A stretch of 64,000 bases of DNA from NCBI GenBank assembly GCA_964628055.1, contig CAZVNL010000001.1, positions 4,114 through 68,113 on the forward strand. Direction: 5' to 3'. Numbering within the stretch: the first letter of the stretch is position 1; each line of letters begins with the position of its first letter. The notes under the pieces were generated by a model that made no database searches, was not told the origin of the DNA, and worked only from the letters and a program-made list of their open reading frames with translations. The stretch is from an uncultured bacterium (lineage in GTDB: Bacteria > Fidelibacterota > Marinisomatia > Marinisomatales > TCS56). The position numbers and the translations under genes were made by a program. Shown here piece after piece: positions 27,988 through 36,903 of the stretch.

Positions 27988-28197
27988 GATAAAATCCTTT
28001 TTCTATTCCCGGTAAAATTTACTGTTTAACCGTTTAGTAAAGGGCATTTTTTGTCTCCTCCCTGCAAGGATTATTTCTTTGGGATTAGCCGCCAGAATCA
28101 TTGGCTAAGTTTTCCCTTTAATGTGAACTAAAACCCTGCTGTTTCCCAGGTTTTATTCTCAATAAGCAAGGGATGTGACCAGTCAAGTATGAGCGAC

Positions 28198-28268
28198 AAA
28201 AAAAGCCCCGCAAAGATACCCTCGAGAAAAATTTTTTTCCCTGAAGAGCACGCCACACCTGCGGGGCT
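28198..28268 (-). terminator. Terminator-like long hairpin downstream of the MFS gene
   Basis: On the minus strand: AGCCCCGCA (28268-28260), 47 nt, UGCGGGGCU (28212-28204), then U7 (28204-28198). The loop is unusually large for an intrinsic terminator. Confidence 0.4.
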
Positions 28269-28418
28269 ATCACAATATTATTTCGCTGGAGAAATTCTGT
28301 CAAGCTTTTTTTTAAGCTTCTACCCGGAATTTTCGCTAATAAGGGGGTTATCGGGCACTCATCGGATCAATTTGGTACAGAACGTCTTTAAATGATCGGA
28401 ATAACCACCACAGGCAGC

Positions 28419-29693
28419 TTAGGCTAAATATTTCTGGGCCATGGCTTTTCCTTGGGCTGGGTCCACTTTCATAAATAACAACGCACCGGTAAAAAACAGG
28501 ATCATTATGGAGAGGATACCCAAGCGTGGATTACCGGTGAGCAAGGTAATAGTTCCCATTAGGACGGGACCGAGAACGGCGGCAAACTTCCCGAACATAT
28601 TGTAAAAACCAAAGAATTGAGCCGCTTTCTTCTCCGGGATGATCCGGGTGTACAAGGAACGGCTCAAAGCCTGGATGCCCCCCTGAAAAAGAGCAATCAT
28701 GGCCGCTAAAAGATAAAAATGCCACTCCACGCTCATAAAATATCCTCCAACGGTGATGAAACAATACGCTACAATGGCGATGAGGATGGCTTTTTTAGTC
28801 CCGATTTTGGTTCCCAACCAACCATAGAAAAGGGCGGCAGGAAAAGCGACAAATTGCACCAGGAGCAAAGCGACTATGAGGGAACTACTGGAAAATTTAA
28901 GGGAAATACCGTAATCCACCGCCATGCGCACAATGGTATCCACACCGTCGATGTAAAACCAATAGGCCAATAGAAATAGGCCCACAATTTTCAAATGTCG
29001 GATGTGATGAAAGGTATCCATCAATTGACCCCACCCTAAAACAATAGCTTTTCGAAAGGGCACTGCGGTGTAAAGCCTGGGTTCCTTAACGAAGAGGATC
29101 AAGGGAACCGTAAAAACGGTCCACCACACTGCTACCGTTAGAAATGCAAATTTTACCGCTTGTTCCTTAGCGCTTAAACCAAAAAATTCCGGATCCAGGT
29201 ACATCCAGACATTGAAAGCAAATAAAAGGCCGCCCCCAATATAACCCAAGGCAAACCCTAATGACGAAACGGAATCAACCTTACGTTCAGAGGCTACTCC
29301 AGGCAGTAAGGAATCATAAAAAACGTTGGCTCCGGAAAAACCTACATTGGCAATGATGAATAACGTAACGGCTACTGGCCACTGGCCTTGATGCACCAAC
29401 CATAAACCGCTGGTCATGGCTGCGCCTAAAAAGGCAAAGGTGACCAAGAATTTCTTCTTGGCAGTACCTCGATCGGCGATAGACCCTATCAAAGGCGCCA
29501 GGATGGCGATGATGATGGAAGCCAAAGAGTTCGCCAGACCCAAATAAAAGGTGCTTTCCGTAGGATTATCCGGGTTGGCCCAATAGGCTTTAAAAAAGAG
29601 GGGGAAAAACCCAGCCTGGACGGTGGTGGAAAAGGTGGAATTGGCCCAATCGTACAACGCCCAACTCCAGATAGCTTTGCGCGAGTCAATCAT
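28419..29693 (-). CDS. MFS transporter, UMF1/Atg22-like family
   Basis: 424 aa with ~12 TM. The N-terminal WSWALYDWANSTF motif is characteristic of this MFS subfamily. Confidence 0.75.
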   Translation of the reverse strand: MIDSRKAIWSWALYDWANSTFSTTVQAGFFPLFFKAYWANPDNPTESTFYLGLANSLASIIIAILAPLIGSIADRGTAKKKFLVTFAFLGAAMTSGLWLVHQGQWPVAVTLFIIANVGFSGANVFYDSLLPGVASERKVDSVSSLGFALGYIGGGLLFAFNVWMYLDPEFFGLSAKEQAVKFAFLTVAVWWTVFTVPLILFVKEPRLYTAVPFRKAIVLGWGQLMDTFHHIRHLKIVGLFLLAYWFYIDGVDTIVRMAVDYGISLKFSSSSLIVALLLVQFVAFPAALFYGWLGTKIGTKKAILIAIVAYCFITVGGYFMSVEWHFYLLAAMIALFQGGIQALSRSLYTRIIPEKKAAQFFGFYNMFGKFAAVLGPVLMGTITLLTGNPRLGILSIMILFFTGALLFMKVDPAQGKAMAQKYLA

Positions 29694-29721
29694 GGTGTGT
29701 TCCTTGTTCAGTACTTACCTT

Positions 29722-31305
29722 CTACCAGGCCTGGAAATAAGAGGTTAACCCTACCCACAGGATACGCGTATTAAAAGTGTGACGGGTGAAAATGGACCAC
29801 TTTGCGCCCAGATCAATTTCAAAAGGAATAGGGCCAAATTTCTTCAATGCGTTAACGTTGTGGAACGTTATTTTAACCTCCTGCCCCAATTGATACTTCC
29901 GTGTGTCGTGGACCGTACGATCCCCTCGCATGCGTCGCACCTGCCATGCATCCCAGTGTGAATCCTTCGAAAAAACTCGATCCCGCCCAGACAGGAATAA
30001 GGAGGCGCCTGTGGTGATGGAAAGTCGATTGGGAATCAACTCCACTTTACCCGCGAGCTGACCCCACAATTCATTTCCTTTGCGATAATGATATTCTACC
30101 CCAACGGCCTGGGCGATGCTGTCGGGATGGAAACGATTCATTCCCAAAAAAGAAATTGGCGTGTTCACCCGCTCCTGGCTGTAGTAACTAAACCGGCAGA
30201 GATAAGTAATATCAATGAGGCGACTCAGGTACGTCCGGTAAAATTCGCCAAACAGGGAAAAGGACCAGCGAGTCAGTCCTTCCCCTAACGGGAGGTAGGA
30301 AAATTGGTCCGGTCGTCCCTGGCGATCTATTTGCTGAGGATTGTAGAAAATTAACCGGGGAGCACTGGGTAAACGTAGTTGAATTCCCGCAAACAGAGAC
30401 GAACCTTTGACCCCCGACCAGGCCGGCCGACCCCAGAGGAGAAAATTAAATTCGAAGCTTACATCTCCCACCCCGGAACGGGGAGTGTACTCCGGATAAT
30501 AATACTCCAGCAAGGAATCGAGAGTAATCGCCGTGGTGTCATCTTCGGCAAAGGGATTAAACGCGGTACCATAAATCCCCTGGCTTAATGGATCGGTCCC
30601 ACCGTTCAACGCCCATAAAAGGGAATGCCTCCCCTCCCATGTATAAAACCAGCTATAGAGTGAATCTAATTCGGCATCATAATGGGTTTGTAACGCACGC
30701 TGAAAACGTTGTTTCGCTTCCTGCTGGTAGGTGATGAAATCCGCTAGACCGGGAATCTCGAAAGCCTTCCAGCTCCAGGTTCGTTTCTCCATGAGACGAG
30801 TAACGTAAGGTAATGTAAAAATAAAGGTAAGACGGTTGGTAAAACCGTATTCAATCTTCAGGATACGCTCCTGGATTACGCGATGTCTTTTTTCCGTGAA
30901 TAAACCACCCACGGTAATAGAATCCGGTCCAAAGAAATCCGCACTGAAATCGAAAAGGGAGTCGCTGTAAGACTGGTTATAGGCCCGAATGTGTTGCCCT
31001 ATATTGCCGTGAAAATCAAAGCCCAGGGTGTCTAAATCATACAGGTCAAACGGGGCAGAATAGTGTCCATCAGGATTTCGTTGGGTGTGGTCGAAATAAC
31101 GTAGCCCGTAACCGGCCAAAACAAATTCCTCCTCCTGGATTCCTGGCTTGCCACCATACCCTATCCAGTCTCCGGTGTTAGAGAAGTTTTGCACTGTAAA
31201 TCGCCAGACGTTCTGGGGGACAGTGAAGAAAGTTTGTGCCAGACTAAGACCGGGAATCAGCACCAAAAAAAGCGTCAGGAAACGCGTAAACCCTAGGGAT
31301 ACCAT
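29722..31305 (-). CDS. Hypothetical outer-membrane beta-barrel protein
   Basis: 527 aa with a signal peptide (LSLAQ), an aromatic-rich alternating pattern and a C-terminus ending ...LTSYFQAW. Confidence 0.55.
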   Translation of the reverse strand: MVSLGFTRFLTLFLVLIPGLSLAQTFFTVPQNVWRFTVQNFSNTGDWIGYGGKPGIQEEEFVLAGYGLRYFDHTQRNPDGHYSAPFDLYDLDTLGFDFHGNIGQHIRAYNQSYSDSLFDFSADFFGPDSITVGGLFTEKRHRVIQERILKIEYGFTNRLTFIFTLPYVTRLMEKRTWSWKAFEIPGLADFITYQQEAKQRFQRALQTHYDAELDSLYSWFYTWEGRHSLLWALNGGTDPLSQGIYGTAFNPFAEDDTTAITLDSLLEYYYPEYTPRSGVGDVSFEFNFLLWGRPAWSGVKGSSLFAGIQLRLPSAPRLIFYNPQQIDRQGRPDQFSYLPLGEGLTRWSFSLFGEFYRTYLSRLIDITYLCRFSYYSQERVNTPISFLGMNRFHPDSIAQAVGVEYHYRKGNELWGQLAGKVELIPNRLSITTGASLFLSGRDRVFSKDSHWDAWQVRRMRGDRTVHDTRKYQLGQEVKITFHNVNALKKFGPIPFEIDLGAKWSIFTRHTFNTRILWVGLTSYFQAW

Positions 31306-32616
31306 TTAAGGATATAAGAGGAAGGTTTGTCTGAATTCGTTAAACTTGATTTCATCGTGCATCCACTGGGGAGGTAAATAGGAGGGCGGCTTCCCTTGAG
31401 CGACAAAGGTACGTAAAAGGCCATGGCCGAATAAACGGTCTACATAGTCACCGCCGAGCCATTGGAATTCACGCGGGTAAAGTTGATGAACAAGGGTCAG
31501 AATCGTTGTTGCGGTGGCTATTGGGTCGAAGGTATTGCGGTCGACGATCTTTATCGTCACACCACCAAGGCGTTGTTGCAGATACTGGGGCACGGTGTTA
31601 AGGGACGACGAAGTGCCAGGTGTATATCGGACAGCCCGGAACGCCACGCCGCGAAGCCGTTCGGCTTGGAGGTGCTCTAACAGTTGGTTGCTGGAAATCC
31701 ACGGGGCACCGACCATCATGTAGGACGCCTTCACCCCAAACCCGACATTCAAATTAGCCCCGCGCACCAGGTTCATGCCGCAGTAGGCCAGCAGATGATC
31801 CAAGTCGGGAGTGTCGGGACGGGGTGGAATCCAGGGCAGCCCGGTCTCGTCGTACCACATGGAGCGCTTCCAGTTGGCAAGGGGTACGATAGTAAGATCC
31901 ACTCGGGCAAGTTCTTTCGCCCAGCCCATTTCATTGACCATTAGAACATACTCACCAATCGTAAGCCCGTGACGAATAGGGACCAGGTGATATCCTTCAA
32001 AAGATTGATAACTGGGACGGACCACCGGTCCTTCTACGCGGTCGCCCCGGAGCGGATTAGGTCGATCCAATACCATCATGGGGATATTCCAAGCCGCGGC
32101 CGCTTCAATTAGTTTGCTGATGGTCGTAATATAGGTGGAATAACGAACGCCCGTGTCTTGAATATCCACTAAAATCAAATCCAGACCATCCAGGGCCCAA
32201 TCTGGTGGCGTGAGATAATGACTGCCCCGGCCAAGTTTCAGAATCCGTGCGCCAGTCGCGGGGTCAAAACCCTCTTTACCAATTATTTTCAATTTACCGC
32301 TCCCATCGCCGGCTAAACCGAATTCAGGCGTAAAGACTATCTTTACCGTGATACCCTCCTGGGTTTGCAACAACTCTAAAAGATGTCGCCGGTTGCGATC
32401 AACAGCTGTTTGATTACACAAAACCCCAATGGTTTTTTCCTGCAACGGTTTAAAATCCAATTGTTCCAGAACATCCAACCCGGTGAACACCGTATGTATG
32501 AAGGATAGATCTGGTATCTCTAACACCTTGCTATAACGATAGGTTTGGGCTTGATGCGCTGAAAGGTTCAGCACAACCATAATTAAACTGACCCAACTTC
32601 TGGTAAACTTAAACAT
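31306..32616 (-). CDS. DUF1343 family protein (NamZ-like exo-beta-N-acetylmuramidase)
   Basis: 436 aa with the conserved DUF1343 layout (VLCNQTAVD..., FTPEFG, DIQDTGVRYSTY, LDRPNP). Confidence 0.7.
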   Translation of the reverse strand: MFKFTRSWVSLIMVVLNLSAHQAQTYRYSKVLEIPDLSFIHTVFTGLDVLEQLDFKPLQEKTIGVLCNQTAVDRNRRHLLELLQTQEGITVKIVFTPEFGLAGDGSGKLKIIGKEGFDPATGARILKLGRGSHYLTPPDWALDGLDLILVDIQDTGVRYSTYITTISKLIEAAAAWNIPMMVLDRPNPLRGDRVEGPVVRPSYQSFEGYHLVPIRHGLTIGEYVLMVNEMGWAKELARVDLTIVPLANWKRSMWYDETGLPWIPPRPDTPDLDHLLAYCGMNLVRGANLNVGFGVKASYMMVGAPWISSNQLLEHLQAERLRGVAFRAVRYTPGTSSSLNTVPQYLQQRLGGVTIKIVDRNTFDPIATATTILTLVHQLYPREFQWLGGDYVDRLFGHGLLRTFVAQGKPPSYLPPQWMHDEIKFNEFRQTFLLYP

Positions 32617-33979
32617 GAGTTCCCCTTAGCAACCGTTCCGTAAACGCTGTAAGCAGTACGTTCGTGAGAACACTTAGACCAATGAACCAGGTCCAGGGTA
32701 TGCCCTGTTGCTTTAAAATGAAAACAATAACCATACTGCTTACCAAACCGACTCCTAAGCTGATAGAATGAAACTGGTAGCGACTGCGACTCAGTAAAAG
32801 TAAGCCTAATAAACCACCATAGGTAAAGGAAGCGATTTGGTACCCCAGTTCGATGATGGCCGTGTCCCCCTCGTCAAAAAGAAGGGCGATACCGATCAAA
32901 ACGAAAGCCCAGATGAGGCTAACAACGCGTGACATTCGAAGGGAAGATTGCTTAAACCAGTCAATGATTGTTGAGGAGGCCAGGGAATTAATGGAAGAAC
33001 TGAGGGTGGACATGGCGGCAGAAAGGACGCCGGCCAGGAGAATGCCTTTTAATCCCACGGGGAGGTAATTAACGATAAAAGTGGATAATTCCCGGTCTTT
33101 TGGCAAAGACATTCCCTGAAGGAAAGCGTAGATAAGAGAACCGGCCAGTAAAAACACCGTAAATTGAATGAAAACAAAAAAGCCGCTTCCCACGATGGCC
33201 TTCCGGGCAGCCGCTAGGTTCCGGGTGCCCAAAACCCGCTGAACCATCATATAATCAGCACCGTGGGAGGCAAAAGATAACAATATGCCCCCGAATAGGG
33301 CATTCCCCACGAACCAGGGGTCCTGGCCAATACTCCCCGTATCTAACCGCAGAATATTGAATTTCCCCTCTCGCAAAATATTGGTGAGTAAATCCACCAG
33401 AGAAATATCGCTTTGGACAATAATGTAAACAATCGTAAGCAATCCGCCGCTTAAGTAAAGAATAAATTGAAAACTGTCCATCCATACGATTGTACGGATT
33501 CCCCCTAAGAGAGTATACACCAGAGTAACCAATCCAATAATCAAGACCGAGGAGAAGATTGACCACCCGGTGATTACCTGAACAATTACTGCCGTGGCGA
33601 GGAAACGAACGCCATCGGCCAGAACTCGCGTCACTAAAAACACACCGGAAGCCGTTTTCTGCATCCCCGTTCCAAACCGCGTCCCTAATACTTCGTATAT
33701 GGAGGTAATGGGTGTTTTAAAATAACTGGGCAATAAAAACAAACTAACCAGGACACGACCGAGGATGAATCCCACGGCAATCTGTAAAAAATACCAATCT
33801 TTTTGATAGGCCAATCCGGGAACGCTGATAAATGTTAATACGGACGTTTCTGTGGCCACCACGGAAAACATGGCCACGATCCAGGGTAAAGTGCGGCCCC
33901 CGAGAAAATAGTCGCTCGTGGTTTTGTTTCGTCGTCCCTGCCAGATACCATAGAGTGCGGTTCCTAGGAGAAAAACCAC
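32609..33979 (-). CDS. Sodium:solute symporter (SSF) family transporter
   Basis: ~456 aa with 12-13 TM and the N-terminal YFLGGR motif. The GTG start is uncertain because the frame stays open ~10 codons further upstream, behind an AAGGAG. Confidence 0.8.
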   Translation of the reverse strand: MVFLLGTALYGIWQGRRNKTTSDYFLGGRTLPWIVAMFSVVATETSVLTFISVPGLAYQKDWYFLQIAVGFILGRVLVSLFLLPSYFKTPITSIYEVLGTRFGTGMQKTASGVFLVTRVLADGVRFLATAVIVQVITGWSIFSSVLIIGLVTLVYTLLGGIRTIVWMDSFQFILYLSGGLLTIVYIIVQSDISLVDLLTNILREGKFNILRLDTGSIGQDPWFVGNALFGGILLSFASHGADYMMVQRVLGTRNLAAARKAIVGSGFFVFIQFTVFLLAGSLIYAFLQGMSLPKDRELSTFIVNYLPVGLKGILLAGVLSAAMSTLSSSINSLASSTIIDWFKQSSLRMSRVVSLIWAFVLIGIALLFDEGDTAIIELGYQIASFTYGGLLGLLLLSRSRYQFHSISLGVGLVSSMVIVFILKQQGIPWTWFIGLSVLTNVLLTAFTERLLRGTHV

Positions 33980-34173
33980 AACGATGGCGCTATCTATCGG
34001 ACTAATGGCACACTCCTTTGACTCAATTCCAATTTAACAACCTTCGATTCAATTTACAGTTAATCCCGCGTGGGAATAAATGGTTTTAAGAAGATAAAAT
34101 TCAAGCAGGATTAGTAAACCGTAATCTCAAGTCCCAAACCCACTTATTCGATCAACGGTTTTCCCCTCCCTGC

Positions 34174-34797
34174 TCAGGAACGCTTTGAAATTCCTCCCTC
34201 ACCCCGCACCATTGATTCTATTTGACGATAGGTTTCCCAATCATCGATATCCCACTGAGCTTCTGGTAATGACATCGTGGCCAGATCGTCAGGATATTTC
34301 GTCAAAAGAACTTTCGCCCCTTGGTCCCCTGTTAGTTGACGCAACTTTGGAAACCAACCCCGGGAGAAGATAACCGGTATTCCCACGGTTCCGGCGTAGC
34401 TCGCAGCCATAATTGTTCGGTCTGATTGTCGAAATAAAGTGAGCATTTTACTCAGGTGACCCACGGCTACGAGGGGTTGATCACAAGATAAAAACAGCAC
34501 CCCTTGCGATTCAGGGTATAGCTTCTCCAACGTCAACACTCCCTCGCGAATGGAACTAGCAACCCCTTCCGGCCAATGGGGATTTACTATAATCCTCACA
34601 CTCCGTGGTAAGACCGATCGGATACGTTTCTGTTCGGCTCCTAATACCACGAAGACGGGTTCAACTGATAAAGCTAAGGCTACGTTTACGATATATTCCA
34701 AAATGGTTCCTTGATTCCAGGGAAGGAGCTGTTTAGGTTGTCCCAAACGTCGGGAATCTCCTGCCGCCAGAATAACAATCCCGATTTTACCTTTCAT
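34174..34797 (-). CDS. mocA: MobA-like nucleotidyltransferase (molybdenum cofactor cytidylyltransferase MocA-like)
   Basis: 207 aa with the N-terminal IVILAAGDSRRLGQPKQLLPW motif. Last gene of the operon, after xdhC. Confidence 0.75.
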   Translation of the reverse strand: MKGKIGIVILAAGDSRRLGQPKQLLPWNQGTILEYIVNVALALSVEPVFVVLGAEQKRIRSVLPRSVRIIVNPHWPEGVASSIREGVLTLEKLYPESQGVLFLSCDQPLVAVGHLSKMLTLFRQSDRTIMAASYAGTVGIPVIFSRGWFPKLRQLTGDQGAKVLLTKYPDDLATMSLPEAQWDIDDWETYRQIESMVRGEGGISKRS

Positions 34798-34826
34798 CTT
34801 GGTGTGCAGAAGGCTTCCATAAAATT

Positions 34827-35921
34827 TCAGTTAGTCCCCTGCTTTAATACTCCAAGTATCTCGGCAACAATAGCAAGGGCGATTTCCTGGGGGGTTTCGG
34901 CTTGTAGATCAAGCCCTACCGGAGCGTGCAAACGAGATCGTTGTTCTGATGTGAGTCTCCCTCGTTTACGGGCCAGATCAGTCAACAGCCTTTCCGTTCT
35001 CTTCCGGGACCCTAACAAGCCAATGTAGGGAATGGACGTTGCGAAGAAAATATCCAGTAACTGAAGGTCAAATTGGTAATTATGGGTAAGGATGACCACC
35101 CCGTTCAGATAATTAAGTTTGATATGTTGCGGTAACTCCTCATAAGGGGCAATGATAAATTCGTGTACATCTTGGAAGACCTCCTCCGTCGCTACGGCGG
35201 GCCGAGGATCCGTTAAAAAGACGCGCCAGCCCATGTCAGCCATTAATCGCACCAGAGGTCGCGCATCTTCACCACCCCCACAAATCAGGATTTGTATCGG
35301 CAACGGAATATAATCGAGCCAAACAGTTACCTTGCCTTCCGGAATTGTGTACACAGCTAATTGACTTTTTTGCTTCGTTAGGACCGTTTTCATATCTCTA
35401 ACGATTTCAGACTTCAAATAGTCAGGTAAAATATTCCCTTGGAGGACGCCTTTCCGGGAATAGCACACATGTTTCCCGCGCAAAGAAATTTCCTCTGGAT
35501 CAGTCGCAACTACGGCAGCTACGACCCCTTCCAGAAGGTTCCGGCGACACTGCTGAAAATAGTTTAACGGGTTGGCTGTATCATTAGTTACCACTGGTTC
35601 TAAAAAAACTGCCACCCGACCGCCACAACCTAAATTCAATCCCCAGAGTAAGTCCTCTTCGCTGGAAGTGTCGTAAGTAACAATGCGGGGCATATTATCT
35701 TTCAGAACTTTTTTCACATAGGTCTGGAGATCCCGTTCCATACAACCACCACTAATTGTACCGACTACAGGACATTCAACGGTGAAAAGTACTTTAGCCC
35801 CCATGCGACGATAGTGGGAACCTGCCACGCTTATCAACGTGGCTAAAACCATCTCCTGGTGCTTTCTCAGGCCTTTTGAATAGGCGTGTATAAGGGCGTC
35901 AATTTCGTCCATGGCCCTCAC
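34827..35921 (-). CDS. xdhC: XdhC/CoxI-family molybdoenzyme maturation protein
   Basis: 364 aa with an XdhC_CoxI N-domain (GSHYRRMGAK) and a Rossmann-like C-domain (ILICGGGEDARPL). Confidence 0.8.
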   Translation of the reverse strand: MRAMDEIDALIHAYSKGLRKHQEMVLATLISVAGSHYRRMGAKVLFTVECPVVGTISGGCMERDLQTYVKKVLKDNMPRIVTYDTSSEEDLLWGLNLGCGGRVAVFLEPVVTNDTANPLNYFQQCRRNLLEGVVAAVVATDPEEISLRGKHVCYSRKGVLQGNILPDYLKSEIVRDMKTVLTKQKSQLAVYTIPEGKVTVWLDYIPLPIQILICGGGEDARPLVRLMADMGWRVFLTDPRPAVATEEVFQDVHEFIIAPYEELPQHIKLNYLNGVVILTHNYQFDLQLLDIFFATSIPYIGLLGSRKRTERLLTDLARKRGRLTSEQRSRLHAPVGLDLQAETPQEIALAIVAEILGVLKQGTN

Positions 35922-35973
35922 CGACCCCGTTGAGCGGTAGAAGCTACCTGGCGGGGTTTAGTCACCGAAAACA

Positions 35974-36903
35974 TCAACCACCCACGAGAGCATGATACGC
36001 TTCTTTTAAATACAGGAGCATCATTTTCCTTCTATACTTCAAGGGAAGCAGATCATTTTCGACTGTTTGACACAGTTTCCGGGTCTGGTGATACATATTT
36101 TCCAACTTCAACGTCTTAACGGAGCCTTCAAGGATGACCGGCGCCATGGAAACACCATTAATCACAAAACGTAATCCATCGTTCTGGCTGCGAGTGGCCG
36201 CCACGGTGAGGGAAGTAAAGTCCAGGCTCTTTCGTAGGCGTAACTTACGGAACCACCACTTTTCCGGTTTCAACCCAACAATAATTTGGGTAAGGATATC
36301 CCCTTTCTCCAAATGTTGTAGGGGTACCAGACCGTCCGACCGGTACAGGTCTTCCAAAGCAAGGGTAGCTGATTCGTTGCACCGGGCAATGACGACTTTC
36401 GCGTGTAGGGCGATAAGCACCGGTGCCAAATCCGACACATTCCGCGCATAACAGTTTTTTAGGCCCCCAGTAACCAAACATTTAGCTCCCCCATCGCGTA
36501 AACAGTTTCCAATCGCTTCCCGCCAGTCCGGGGATTGATTGTAAAAGGTACAGCGATTTTGCACCAGGAGGTTTCCGCCCACGGTAGCGGTGTGTCGAAT
36601 AACCGGCGTGGCGATAGATTGAGCCGCTGTCACTAATAAGGGATAATGTTTCTGGATGAAACCGTGATTAATTACTTGTTTTAGCGTAACCATAGACCCC
36701 AACGTCAATTTATCGGGATGGCGCTCAATTTCCCGTAGGGCGGGTATTTCAAAAAGGTCGATTATGGTATGGATGGGGTTGAGTTTCTGTTGGCGGTGAA
36801 TTTGGATATCGGTTCCCCCCCCGAGATAAACCGCTGGGCCAGTTGCTTGCTGTGCCTGGGTTAAGGCCTCCTGGACAGTATTTGGTTTGTAATACGCTGT
36901 CAA
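35974..36903 (-). CDS. hcrB: 4-hydroxybenzoyl-CoA reductase, FAD/[4Fe-4S] beta subunit
   Basis: 309 aa CoxM-type FAD-binding subunit (LGGGTDI). It carries an insertion with four Cys spaced C-x15-C-x7-C-x8-C (residues 118-151), the feature that separates HcrB from ordinary XDH/CODH FAD subunits. Confidence 0.8.
   Translation of the reverse strand: MTAYYKPNTVQEALTQAQQATGPAVYLGGGTDIQIHRQQKLNPIHTIIDLFEIPALREIERHPDKLTLGSMVTLKQVINHGFIQKHYPLLVTAAQSIATPVIRHTATVGGNLLVQNRCTFYNQSPDWREAIGNCLRDGGAKCLVTGGLKNCYARNVSDLAPVLIALHAKVVIARCNESATLALEDLYRSDGLVPLQHLEKGDILTQIIVGLKPEKWWFRKLRLRKSLDFTSLTVAATRSQNDGLRFVINGVSMAPVILEGSVKTLKLENMYHQTRKLCQTVENDLLPLKYRRKMMLLYLKEAYHALVGG

Noticed and set aside
28118-28395. Two overlapping opposite-strand small ORFs (61 and 68 aa) in the 430-bp gap
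   Set aside because: They overlap each other, are low-complexity, lack start context and coincide with the hairpin and poly-A/T elements. The region is more likely non-coding.
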